A stretch of 64,000 nucleotides of DNA, from assembly GCA_965277715.1 (NCBI GenBank), contig OZ255836.1, positions 3,520,001 through 3,584,000 of the forward strand. The letters are read 5' to 3'. Below the pieces are notes generated by a model, which saw nothing but the letters and a program-made list of their open reading frames with translations, was not told where the DNA came from and did not search any database. The DNA comes from Gammaproteobacteria bacterium. GTDB lineage: Bacteria; Pseudomonadota; Gammaproteobacteria; JBCCGL01. Below are positions 44,707 to 54,983 of the stretch, piece by piece. The translations under genes were made by a program, and so were the position numbers. How positions within the stretch are numbered: position 1 is the first letter of the stretch; the number at the start of each line of letters is the position of its first letter.

Positions 44707-46260
44707 ATGATTAGCCGGTTATCATTTCTTAGTGGCTATCCTCGATACTTGCCTGGTTATTTACATATACTGGCGCTGTTAGCAGGAGGCGCACTGCCCT
44801 TTGCATTTGCCCCATTTGAATGGCGATGGCTTGCGTTTGTATCGTTGGCAATGCTCTTTTTCTTGTGGTCTCAAGGAAGTGTGCGAGTGGTTGTATTACG
44901 CAGCTTTCTATTCGGTATAGGCATGTTTGCTGTAGGCGTTTATTGGGTGTACTACAGTCTTCATCTGTTTGGTGATGCAATTGCACCATTGGCATTGATC
45001 ATTACCGTTGGTTTTATTGGCTTATTTGCACTGTTTATTGCGTTGTCCGGTTGGTTGGTGGCGCGTTTTTTCCCATCGCCGACGTCAACCCGTGGGCGTG
45101 TCGTATGGTTTGTGACTGTCGCACCTGCAGTGTGGGCTTTGTGCGAGATCTTTCGTGGATGGTTTCTAACAGGATTTCCCTGGCTTTCAGTAGGTTATTC
45201 TCAAATCGATACTCCACTTGTAGGATATGCACCTATACTAGGTGTATATGGTGTCAGCTGGTTGGCGGCAATTTGTGCTGGTCTAACGTATTTATCCATC
45301 GCTGAAAGATACAAAGTGAAACTATTAGCCCTGTGTGTAGTTGTACTCATAGGTTTTGGTGGTTTTCTTCTTGGTAAAGTAGAATGGTCTGAGCCCCATG
45401 GTGACCCGATAAAAATCAGGTTGGTGCAAGGTAACATTGAGCAACATCATAAATTTATGGCTGATTTGCTTACCCCTTCGATTGAAATGTACAAACGGTT
45501 GAGTGAAACGTCTGAAGATATTGACCTAATTGTTTGGCCCGAATCGGCTATACCGACGTTTTTTTTTCGTATTGATAAATCGCTACGTGATTTTACTGTG
45601 CAAAAAAGTGCTGAAGGGACACAAGTGCTGACGGGTGGGTTTGTCTTTGACCGGGAAAAAGAGGTTTACTATAACAGCCTGCGTATGCTTGATGATCCAG
45701 ATGCTTACTACCACAAAAAACACCTGGTGCCATTCGGTGAATTTATACCGTTTCGATCAGCATTGGCCTTCTTGTCAAAATATATTGCTATTCCGATGTC
45801 AGACCTATCACCAGGTACTGATGGTGGGAAAGGACTTGTTGTCAATGGGCAGGTTATTGGTGCCTCTATTTGCTATGAAGATGCCTTCGGCGAAGAGATT
45901 ATCCGGCAGTTGCCTGAAGCCAATCTATTACTTAATGTCAGTAACGATAGTTGGTTTGGTGATTCCTCTGCCCCTTATCAACATCTGGAGATTGCTAAAA
46001 TGCGAGCGGTGGAAACGGCCCGTCCAATGGTGCGCGTAACAAATACAGGCGTATCGGCAGTTATTGATTATCGTGGTAGAATTCACAGTTTGCTTGGGGT
46101 CTCTCAGTCAATCGCAGTTAATGTATCTATTCAACCACGAATGGGTGCTACTTTGTACGTTAAAAATGGGAATCTTAATGTGCTGATTTTGGTGTTTTTT
46201 GTGCTTATTATTGGATGTTGGTTTTGTCGAACAAACATAAGGGCTAATTTATGGCTTTAA
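44707..46260 (+). CDS. lnt: apolipoprotein N-acyltransferase
   Basis: GFPW, WPESA, KKHLVPFGE, ICYE, NDSWFG. Confidence 0.96.
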   Translation: MISRLSFLSGYPRYLPGYLHILALLAGGALPFAFAPFEWRWLAFVSLAMLFFLWSQGSVRVVVLRSFLFGIGMFAVGVYWVYYSLHLFGDAIAPLALIITVGFIGLFALFIALSGWLVARFFPSPTSTRGRVVWFVTVAPAVWALCEIFRGWFLTGFPWLSVGYSQIDTPLVGYAPILGVYGVSWLAAICAGLTYLSIAERYKVKLLALCVVVLIGFGGFLLGKVEWSEPHGDPIKIRLVQGNIEQHHKFMADLLTPSIEMYKRLSETSEDIDLIVWPESAIPTFFFRIDKSLRDFTVQKSAEGTQVLTGGFVFDREKEVYYNSLRMLDDPDAYYHKKHLVPFGEFIPFRSALAFLSKYIAIPMSDLSPGTDGGKGLVVNGQVIGASICYEDAFGEEIIRQLPEANLLLNVSNDSWFGDSSAPYQHLEIAKMRAVETARPMVRVTNTGVSAVIDYRGRIHSLLGVSQSIAVNVSIQPRMGATLYVKNGNLNVLILVFFVLIIGCWFCRTNIRANLWL

Positions 46261-47276
46261 CTGCAGAAATATATTTAGCAGTTCTTCTTGCAGGTTTGGG
46301 GAGCTTTGTTGCTATTCAATTGCTTAGGCCTCTCGCGAATAAAGTTGGTTTGGTGGACTTGCCCGGTGACAGAAAATCTCATGTGGGGCAGGTGCCTCTC
46401 GTTGGAGGTGTTGCTGTATATGCTAGTTTAGTGCTGTCATTGGTGGTGTTTTCTGAACTTGATACGAAACTATTTTTTTTGTTTTCTACTGGGATCATTA
46501 TACTTTTCACAGGTATGGTTGATGATTATCGAGAGCTAGGTGCAAAGCTCCGAATCTGTATACAAATCGCAGTTACTTTCATAATGATCGAAGGTTCTGG
46601 TGTTTATCTGCACTCGCTTGGCGATTTGCTCGGCTTTGGTGATATTGTTTTGGATACTATTTGGGGAAAGTGTTTTACTGTCTTTGCTGTTGTAGGGGTT
46701 GTCAATGCATTTAATATGATGGATGGAGTGGATGGCTTGGCGGGTTGTTTGGCATTAGTTGTCGTATTGGGTGTAGTTATTAGTGAATATTTGTCCGGGC
46801 AGTATTTTTATTCTGGTCTTTTAGCTATTTTTTCGGCTGCAATGATTCCCTATTTAATGATTAACCTATCGGTTTTATCGAAACAAAAAGTCTTTTTAGG
46901 TGATGCGGGGAGTTGTTTTATTGGTTATTTGTTAGCCTGGGTGTTGATTGATATATCGCAGGGAGAAAATTCCGTTATTAATCCAGCCAATGCATTATGG
47001 CTAGTGGCTGTTCCTTTGTTGGATATCACTGCAGTAATGATTAGACGTATAGGTCGAAAACAGTCTCCCTTTCAAGCAGATCGTAGCCACCTACACCATT
47101 TATTACAAGATAAGGAGGTATCTTCGTCTAAAATTCTGGGTATAATTTTAATGTTCGCCCTAATAGCTATTCTACCGGGGATATTGATACCTGTTTCAAG
47201 CATTGCTTTCGGGCTGTTTAGTGTATTTATGATTGCGTATACCGTTTCGGTTTTTCGATTATCGGATACAAGCTAA
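46251..47276 (+). CDS. wecA: undecaprenyl-phosphate GlcNAc-1-phosphate transferase (MraY/WecA family)
   Basis: NAFNMMDGVDGL, VFLGDAGS, ADRSHLHH. Confidence 0.9.
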   Translation: MALTAEIYLAVLLAGLGSFVAIQLLRPLANKVGLVDLPGDRKSHVGQVPLVGGVAVYASLVLSLVVFSELDTKLFFLFSTGIIILFTGMVDDYRELGAKLRICIQIAVTFIMIEGSGVYLHSLGDLLGFGDIVLDTIWGKCFTVFAVVGVVNAFNMMDGVDGLAGCLALVVVLGVVISEYLSGQYFYSGLLAIFSAAMIPYLMINLSVLSKQKVFLGDAGSCFIGYLLAWVLIDISQGENSVINPANALWLVAVPLLDITAVMIRRIGRKQSPFQADRSHLHHLLQDKEVSSSKILGIILMFALIAILPGILIPVSSIAFGLFSVFMIAYTVSVFRLSDTS

Positions 47277-47341
47277 ATATATAATTACTTAAAGTGGTGG
47301 AGATTGAAATCTTAGCTGAAACCAAGGTGAGTGTATTATCT

Positions 47342-47842
47342 ATGAAAGGATGGTTTTTACTTCAAACAAAACCGAGGCAGGAACAGCGTGCCATTGCAAA
47401 TCTCGAGCGGCAAGGTGTTTGTACTCTATGCCCATATATAGGCGTAGAGAAACTGTATCGAGGTCGGCGAGTTATAGCTAGAGAGGTTTTGTTTCCTGGG
47501 TATTTGTTTATTAATCTTGAATATACTTCCTCGTCAATAACTGCAATTCGCTCGACCAGGGGGGTTACTCGATTTGTGGCGTTTTCTGGTGTTCCTGTCG
47601 AAGTGCCAATTCATCTAATTGAACAATTGCAGCAAACTGAAAGAAATCCAGTGTGCAACGTGATTCACTCTACATTGCCTCAGCCTGGTGATGTGTTAAA
47701 AGTATTGAAAGGTCCTTTTCAAGGCCTCAACGTTATATTTTTCCAACCTGATGGTGAGCAACGCGCTATTGTGCTTATCAATATTTTGGGCCAACAGAGT
47801 AAAGCTTCTTTTTCCTATACTAATTTGTGCAAGTCTGATTGA
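47342..47842 (+). CDS. rfaH: transcription antiterminator RfaH
   Basis: WFLLQTKPRQE, LFPGYLF, IRSTRGV, KOW GPFQG. Confidence 0.9.
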   Translation: MKGWFLLQTKPRQEQRAIANLERQGVCTLCPYIGVEKLYRGRRVIAREVLFPGYLFINLEYTSSSITAIRSTRGVTRFVAFSGVPVEVPIHLIEQLQQTERNPVCNVIHSTLPQPGDVLKVLKGPFQGLNVIFFQPDGEQRAIVLINILGQQSKASFSYTNLCKSD

Positions 47843-47849
47843 GTTTTAT

Positions 47850-49024
47850 GGTTCTTTCCCGGTTGTGGGAGGCATAATATTTTATACCCTTTGCTATTTT
47901 GAGAGAACCCGGTGTTATCAAGCATTGAAGAACATCACAGTCAGCTCCTGGGTCTGATAGATGGCGGGTCAGTAACCTCAGTTGATTTAGACCCATCAGG
48001 GTTAAAAGTATATGCATTTCGTTGGTGTTTAGCGGTGATCAGAGTCCTTGCTCGCACGCATTCCTCGGGTAAGCTGCCCAGCACATGGTGTTAAAAGCAT
48101 GGTATTACCCTGGGCAAGCAAGAGCAGTCGTTTTACATTGTTATTTGAACTATTTTCCATCAGGGTGTTGCGAGTCTCAGGTAGTGTCGAAGAGGCGCGT
48201 AAGTTACTGGGGCTTAGCTGGAACGCGGTGGAAGCCATCAAAGTCCGAGCTGTCGAACGGGTTCTTTCGCGTCGGGAATTGATTACAATAGAGCACCTTG
48301 GTACTGATGAGAAGCCTCACCGTAAAGGGTATGACTATGTGACGCTCATCAATGATATTGACGCAGGGCGAGTATTGGATGGGGTGAGAGATCGCACGCA
48401 GGCAGCCTGTGAGGAGGCGTTAGAGGTTGCGCTGACGGATAGCTAGCGAGAACAGGTGAAAGCTGTCGCGATTGATATGTGGCCTGTGTTCATTAATGCT
48501 GTTGAGGTAAAACTCGCCGACAGTGCGTGCGATTGTTCACGACCGTTTTCACATTAGGTAACACCTCAATAAGGCGGTTGATCAGGTGCGTTGTGTTGAA
48601 CATAGAGCGCTTCTGTCAAAGGGTGATACCCGGTTGAAAAAGAGTCGTTATCACTGGCTAAAAAACGAAGAGAATTTATCTGATAAAGCAGCCAGGCATT
48701 TTGAATCACTGAAGAATGATCAGTTATTGACAGCGCGAGCCTGGGCGATAAAAGAACTGTTTCGTGATGTTTGGATGTATAAGACGGCGGGTTGGACAGT
48801 ATCAAGAAAGTGGCAAAGATGATAAAAGCTTATTTGCCGAACATATTGACCTGGTTTAAGCACACAATAAGCAATGCTGTATAGAGGGACTGAATTCAAA
48901 AATTCAGGCGGTCAAATCGAATGCAAGAGGGTTTCGTTCGTTTGAAAATTACCGGCGGAGTATTTTATTTTACTATGGAAAGCTGGATATGGAACCCGTG
49001 GCTTCACAATAATCGGGAAGAACC
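47850..49024 (+). mobile_element. ISL3-family element copy 1, defective
   Basis: IRs GGTTCTTTCCCGGTT / AATCGGGAAGAACC; 8-bp TSD AGTTTTAT both sides; transposase split by stops and frameshifts. Confidence 0.9.
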
Positions 49025-49045
49025 AGTTTTATGGTGGATTAAATG

Positions 49046-49147
49046 TTGCAACAAAGTTTGTTTATTAATACAATGTTCATATCGTGAACAATGTGGTATT
49101 TAGCGATCTTCTGTGAATTCTTGATGAAAGAGTTCTGCGGTAGCCTG
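49046..49147 (+). promoter_or_regulatory. polysaccharide-operon promoter, palindromic operator and ops-like element
   Basis: TTGCAA-N17-TACAAT (49046-49074); TGTTCA-N5-TGAACA (49074-49090); TGCGGTAGCCTG (49136-49147) vs ops GGCGGTAGnnTG. Confidence 0.7.
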
Positions 49148-49169
49148 CCTGAAATAAATGTAAAAGACT

Positions 49170-49490
49170 ATGGATGTTTCGGATTTAGAGTATAAAGTTT
49201 TAAAAATTCTTGAGCATAACCCTCGTTTGACACAGCGTGATGTTGCCAAAGCATTGGGTCTTAGTTTGGGGAAAACACATTACTTGATACGTGCCCTGAT
49301 TGATAAAGGCTGGGTGAAGTTTAATAATTTTAGGTGCTCGACAAATAAAATAGGATACTCTTATCTGTTAACGCCGAAAGGAATGGTGGAAAAAACACGT
49401 TTGGCATGGAAGTTTTTAGCTCGAAAGCAGGAAGAGTACAATCAGTTGAAAATAGAAATTGAAGTGCTGCAAGGTGAACTTAAAAAATAG
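49170..49490 (+). CDS. EPS-associated MarR-family transcriptional regulator
   Basis: TQRDVAKALGLSLGKTHY, YLLTPKG..EK, KQEEY. Confidence 0.88.
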   Translation: MDVSDLEYKVLKILEHNPRLTQRDVAKALGLSLGKTHYLIRALIDKGWVKFNNFRCSTNKIGYSYLLTPKGMVEKTRLAWKFLARKQEEYNQLKIEIEVLQGELKK

Positions 49491-49727
49491 TTTAACTTAC
49501 CGTACATGTTTTTCTAGTATTTGTAAAAATAAATTCCATTTATGTCGGTATTTATGTGATAAATATTAATTGAAATAGTATTTTGATGGCTTAACTGAAA
49601 TTTTTTCAGTTTCTATAAATAAGTATGGTGCAGTATGTTTTTCGCTATAGATTAAGTACTTTATATAAATCGAATTTGAAATTTTGATAACTAAAAACCT
49701 GATTTGTTTTTTTGCTGTTTTTGAGAT

Positions 49728-49976
49728 TTGGCTGGTTTTAAATTGAACATATGTTCTGTGATATTGGCGGGTGGTTATGGTACGCGATTATGGCCACTTT
49801 CACGTGCTATGCGCCCCAAACAGTTTTTACCGTTAGTTGGTAGCGGCACCATGCTGCAAGCGACAATCAAGCGAACGTCAGCATTAGATATTCAATCGAC
49901 CCTCATTGTTTGCAATGAAGAGCATCGTTTTCTTGTGGCCGAACAGCTCTGTGGAATTGCTCAACCTGGATTTATT
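49728..49976 (+). pseudogene. manC: mannose-1-phosphate guanylyltransferase, truncated by ISL3
   Basis: ILAGGYGTRLWPLSR..PKQFL, CNEEHRFLVAEQL, then the ISL3 IR; remainder absent. Confidence 0.88.
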
Positions 49977-51056
49977 GGTTCTTCCCCGGTTTGTGTGAGG
50001 TTATAGTATTTCATCCCCCCTTTGCTATTGAGAGACTCCGGTGCTATCGAGCCTTGAAGAACACTACAGCCAGCTCCTGGGTCTGACAGATGACTGGTCA
50101 GTGGTGTCAGTTGATTTAGACCCTTCAGGGTTAAAAGTATCCATTTCGTTGGCGTTTAGCGGCAACCACGGCCCTTGCTCGCACTGTGGAGGGGCTTAGC
50201 TGGAACGCAGTGGAAGCCATCAAAGCCCGCGCTGTCGAACGGGGACTTTCGCGTCGGGAATTGGTGACAATTGAGTACCTGGGTATTGATGAGAAGTCCC
50301 ACCGTAAAGGGCATGACTATGTGACGCTCATCAATGATATCGATGGAGGGCGAGTATTGGATGGAGTGAAAGATCGCACCCAGGCAGCCTGCGAGGAGGC
50401 GTTGGAGGTTGCGCTGACGGATAACCAGCGAGAACAGGTGAAAGCTGTCGCGATTGATAGGTGGCCTGCGTTCATTAATGCCGTTGAGGTAAAACTGTCA
50501 GACAGTGCGATTGTTCACGACCGTTTTCCTATTAGCCAACACCTGAATAAGGCGGTGGATCAGGTCCGTCGTGACGAACATAGAGACCTTTTGTCACAGG
50601 GCGATATCCGGTTGAAAAAGAGTTGTTATCACTGGTTAAAAAACGAAGAAAATTTGTCTAACAAAGCAGCCGAGCGCTTTGAGTCACTCAAGCATGATCA
50701 GTTATTGACAGCCCGAGCTTGGGCGATAAAAGAACTGTTTCGTGATTTTTGGACGTATAAGACAGCGGGTTGGGCAAAGCGTTTCTTTGACGAGTGGTAT
50801 TCATGGGCAATTCGGTGCCGATTGGACAGCATAAAGAAAGTGGCCAAGATGATAAAAACGCACATGCCGAACATATTGACATGGTTTAAGCACACAATAA
50901 GTAATGCCGTGTCAGAGGGTTTGAATTCAAAAATTCAAACAGTCAAATCGAATGCAAGAGGGTTTCGTTCGTTTGAAAGTTACCGGTGGAGTATTTTGTT
51001 TTACTGCGGAAAGCTTGATAGGGAACCGGTGGCTTCACAATAACCGGGGAAGAACC
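49977..51056 (+). mobile_element. ISL3-family element copy 2 (internal N-terminal deletion; residual DDE ORF 50186-51043)
   Basis: IRs GGTTCTTCCCCGGTT / AACCGGGGAAGAACC; GIDEK, SNAVSEGLNSKIQ; no matching TSD. Confidence 0.9.
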
Positions 51057-51221
51057 TTTTTGTTCAAGGGTTTATGGTGAATTCATTGTAACAAAATAAT
51101 CGAATATTCAGGCCTCTTTATTTCTTCTTAACCGGGCAGCAGTGAGATGAAAGAAAAATTTTTGTTGGGAATAATCAAATTTATATTACGAAAAAAATTC
51201 GATATCTATACACTTCTTTGA

Positions 51222-52583
51222 ATGAAATTTGAACTAGTGCAAAATCTCATTGTGAATGTTAAGTATTTTTACCGTAACCAATTTGGTCGTACAGTTGTAG
51301 CCAACTACGTGGCTGCAGTAACAGGGATTCTTGCACCCCTTATAGCTTTGCCTTGGTATCTCTCTACTTTGGGTAGCGTGCAATGGGGATTAGTCAGTTT
51401 TATAGCAGTTTTACAGGCAATGTTAAGCCTATTGGATGCTGGTTTATCTCAAGCTTTAGTTAAAAAATTTTCAGAATACCGAACAGAAATTAAAAAAAAT
51501 AAGAAGTTTTTAAATTTATTTTTTTCAATGGAAAGGCTAAGTTGGATTTTTTCTGGAGCTTTAGCTGTAATTGTGATTGTATTTTCTTCTGCTATATCTG
51601 AACTCTGGTTGCAAACACATGATGAAATTGTACCAAATGGGCAATTAACTATAATCGGTGCTGCGCTAATTTTTTTCTGGGTGAATGGCGGTTCTATATA
51701 CCGCTCTGTATTGATAGCTTCAGACTCGCAAATTGCGTTGAGTGTGCTGTCTTCTATAAGCATAATAGTAAGGCATGCAGCTACTGTAGTGGTTTTGCAA
51801 TTTCATCCATTTTTAATTGCTTATATTGCTACTCAAATTCTATTTTTAGCAGTAGAGGTAATGGTTCGAAAATTTATATCTTTTATATGTATTGGTAAAG
51901 ATAAAGGGCAATGGGATTTTGAATTAATTAAAGAACTTGGAACATATTTTGCTGGAATGATAGGAGCCACGCTTGTCGGGGTTTTAACTGTACAACTAGA
52001 TAAGTTGATGGTAAGTAAATTTCTTTCTGTTGAAAAGCTAGGATATTATTCTATAGCATCTGTAATTGGTTTAGGAGTTTTACAATTAGTTTACCCCATG
52101 ATGTACGCAAATTTACCAAAATTATCTGTTTGTAAGAAAAAAAGCAAAGTTCGATCTCTTATTAATTTAAAAACATTTGTTTTTTTTATTGTAGTAATTT
52201 TTTTTTCATGGTTTTTATACATAAAATTTGGCAAACATATTTTAATATTTTGGATAGGTAACATTGGTACTGTAGATATTATCTATCCAGTTGTAACTGT
52301 TTTATTAATCGGCAGTACTATTAATGCATTTTGGTGTATAGGGCAAATTAATCTTATCGCAGATGGGGACTATCCCCAAATCGCTAGAATAAATTTTCTA
52401 ATTCTTGGGGTTGTCTGTGTTGTGATGCCTATTACTATTAATAGTTTTGGAATGATTGGTGCTGCATACTCATGGGTACTTTTAAATTTAATAGGGTTTT
52501 TTATTACTTGCTCTTGGGTTGTTAATCTGATTGAAATATTTTTTCTGAAATTCTATAAAAATAGTTTTTTAACAAGAAATTAA
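51222..52583 (+). CDS. wzx: Wzx-type polysaccharide flippase
   Basis: Many TM segments, LLDAGLS, QLDKLMVSKFLS..LGYYS. Confidence 0.8.
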   Translation: MKFELVQNLIVNVKYFYRNQFGRTVVANYVAAVTGILAPLIALPWYLSTLGSVQWGLVSFIAVLQAMLSLLDAGLSQALVKKFSEYRTEIKKNKKFLNLFFSMERLSWIFSGALAVIVIVFSSAISELWLQTHDEIVPNGQLTIIGAALIFFWVNGGSIYRSVLIASDSQIALSVLSSISIIVRHAATVVVLQFHPFLIAYIATQILFLAVEVMVRKFISFICIGKDKGQWDFELIKELGTYFAGMIGATLVGVLTVQLDKLMVSKFLSVEKLGYYSIASVIGLGVLQLVYPMMYANLPKLSVCKKKSKVRSLINLKTFVFFIVVIFFSWFLYIKFGKHILIFWIGNIGTVDIIYPVVTVLLIGSTINAFWCIGQINLIADGDYPQIARINFLILGVVCVVMPITINSFGMIGAAYSWVLLNLIGFFITCSWVVNLIEIFFLKFYKNSFLTRN

Positions 52584-52615
52584 AAAAATTATGAAAAATA
52601 TTTTCGATAAAGCTA

Positions 52616-52988
52616 AGGCCTGTTGACGTTTGGCTATAAATTTTTGAAACAAAAGGCAAACTCGTATCATTAGATGTGAGAAAAACAACAAATACGAGTT
52701 TGCCATGCCCCGATTATTGCTCAACGATGAGTATTGGTCGAAGCTACGGAGTATCATGCTTAAAGAAGGCATTTATGACAAGCCGAAGTTAAGGTTAGTC
52801 GTTGAAGGAATTCGTTATCGATTGCGTGTGGGGTGTCCGTGGCGAGATTTACCGGTGTCATTTGGTGACTGGAATAGCGTTTATAAACGCGTCAATGACT
52901 GGTCATCGAAAGACAAGTTAATGAACATTTTCCATGCGCTTGTCGAAGAACCCGATCAAGAATGGGCGTTTATTGATGGAAGTATTGT
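52616..52988 (+). mobile_element. IS5-family element, left part only, cut by ISL3 copy 3
   Basis: IR AGGCCTGTTGACGTTT; ORF from 52705 with GCPWRDLP, W.SVYKR, FIDGSIV; also truncates a gene start MKNIFDKA at 52591. Confidence 0.88.
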
Positions 52989-54211
52989 GGTTCCTCCCCG
53001 GTTTGTGTGAGGTTATAGTATTTCCTCCCCCTTTGCTATTGAGAGACTCCGGTGCTATCGAGCCTTGAAGAACACTACAGCCAGCTCCTGGGCCTGACAG
53101 ATGACTGGTCAGTGACATCAGTTGATTTAGACCCTTCAGGGTTAAAAGTATCCATTTCGTTGGCGTTTAGCGGCAACCACGACCCTTGCTCGCACTGTGG
53201 CGAAGTGAGTCCGTTCTATGATCACCGTTCACAAGAGCGATCCTGGAGACACCTGGATACTATGCAGTTTGAAACGTGCCTACACAGTCGCATTCCCCAG
53301 GGTGTTGCAAGCCTCACGTAGCGTCGAAGAGGCGCGTAAGTTACTGAGGCTTAGCTGGAACGCAGTGGAAGCCATCAAAGCCCGCGCTGTCGAGCGGGGA
53401 CTTTCGCGTCGGGAATCGGTGACAATTGAGTACCTGGGTATTGATGAGAAGTCCCACCGTAAAGGGCATGACTATGTGACGCTCATCAATGATATCGATG
53501 GAGGGCGAGTATTGGATGGAGTGAAAGATCGTACCCAGGCAGCTTGTGAGGAGGCGTTGGAGGTTGTGCTGACGGATAACCAGCGAGAACAGGTGAAAGC
53601 TGTCGCGATTGATAGGTGGCCTGCGTTCATTAATGCCGTTGAGGTAAAACTGTCAGACAGTGCGATTGTTCACGACCGTTTTCCTATTAGCCAACACCTG
53701 AATAAGGCGGTGGATCAGGTCCGTCGTGATGAACATAGAGACCTTTTGTCACAGGGCGATACCCGGTTGAAAAAGAGTCGTTATCACTGGTTAAAAAACG
53801 AAGAAAATTTGTCTGACAAAGCAGCCGAGCACTTTGAATCACTCAAGCATGATCAGTTATTGACAGCCCGAGCCTGGGCGATAAAAGAACTGTTTCGTGA
53901 TTTCTGGATGTATAAGACAGCGGGTTGGGCAAAGCGTTTCTTTAGCGCATGGTATGCGTGGGCAATTCGGTGCCGATTGGACAGCATAAAAAAAGTGGCC
54001 AAGATGATAAAAACGCACATGCCGAACATATTGACATGGTTTAAGCATACAATAAGTAATGCCGTATCAGAGGGTTTGAATTCAAAAATTCAGACAGTCA
54101 AATCGAATGCAAGAGGGTTTCGTTCGTTTGAAAGTTACCGGCGGAGTATTTTGTTTTACTGCGGAAAGCTGGATAGGGAACCGGTGGCTTCACAATAATC
54201 GGGGAAAAACC
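52989..54211 (+). mobile_element. ISL3-family element copy 3 (internal deletion/frameshift; ORFs 53052-53321 and 53218-54198)
   Basis: IRs GGTTCCTCCCCGGTT / AATCGGGGAAAAACC; WRHLD motif; near-identical to copy 2. Confidence 0.9.
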
Positions 54212-54314
54212 TTTTTTTATAAGGTGCTAGTGAGAATTGAAGAAGTAATCGCCTGAAAAAGTTGTATTTTATACGCTGTAAGTTTTTATGTTAAGTGCGC
54301 CTATTTTTTTACCT

Positions 54315-54942
54315 TTTTTTATCTGCATATGATTGTGGATGTTTTTAGTCGAAAGATTGTTGGCTGGGCGGTGCATGATCGGGCGTGTGGTGAACGGGCT
54401 TCGGCGTTGGTGCGCCGTACCGTTATGGCAGAGAGAGATATAGGCGGCTCGCAGATACTTCATGCAGATAATGGGGCACTTCAGCGCTCTTCAACCTTGC
54501 GTGTGACACGGGAACGATTAGGTATAGAGTCGAACTATAGCCGTCCACGAGTGAGTTATGATAACGCGTATTCTGAGTTGTTGTTCCAAACGACAAAGTA
54601 CTGACCTGGTTACCCGGTTGACGGGTTTGCAGGTCTCGAACAGGCCTGGTACTGGGTATTGAGTTTTGTCCGCTGGTACAACACAGTGCGTCGTCATAGT
54701 GGAATTGAGTTTGTAACACCAGTGGAGCGGCATACGGGTGCTGATAATGAAATTTTAACGCGACGAAAGGCCGTTTATGAGAGAGCTAAAGCTCAACACC
54801 CAACCTGTTGGAATGGCAAAACCCGCGACTGGTCGAGACCCACTGTCGTTAAGTTAAACCCTGATAAACCGGTTCATAGTGGACTCTCTAAATTAGAGGT
54901 CGCTGCTGAGTAAAAACGCGCAACTACCTTGACGAATATTGC
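54315..54942 (+). mobile_element. IS3-family transposase C-terminal remnant
   Basis: IVDVFSRKIVGW, LHADNG, SRPRVSYDNAYSE, in-frame TGA at 54602, WYNTVRRHSGI..VTP; 5' part missing. Confidence 0.85.
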
Positions 54943-54983
54943 CGTGGCTTCATAATAGTCGGCGAATAATCGAAAATTATAAT

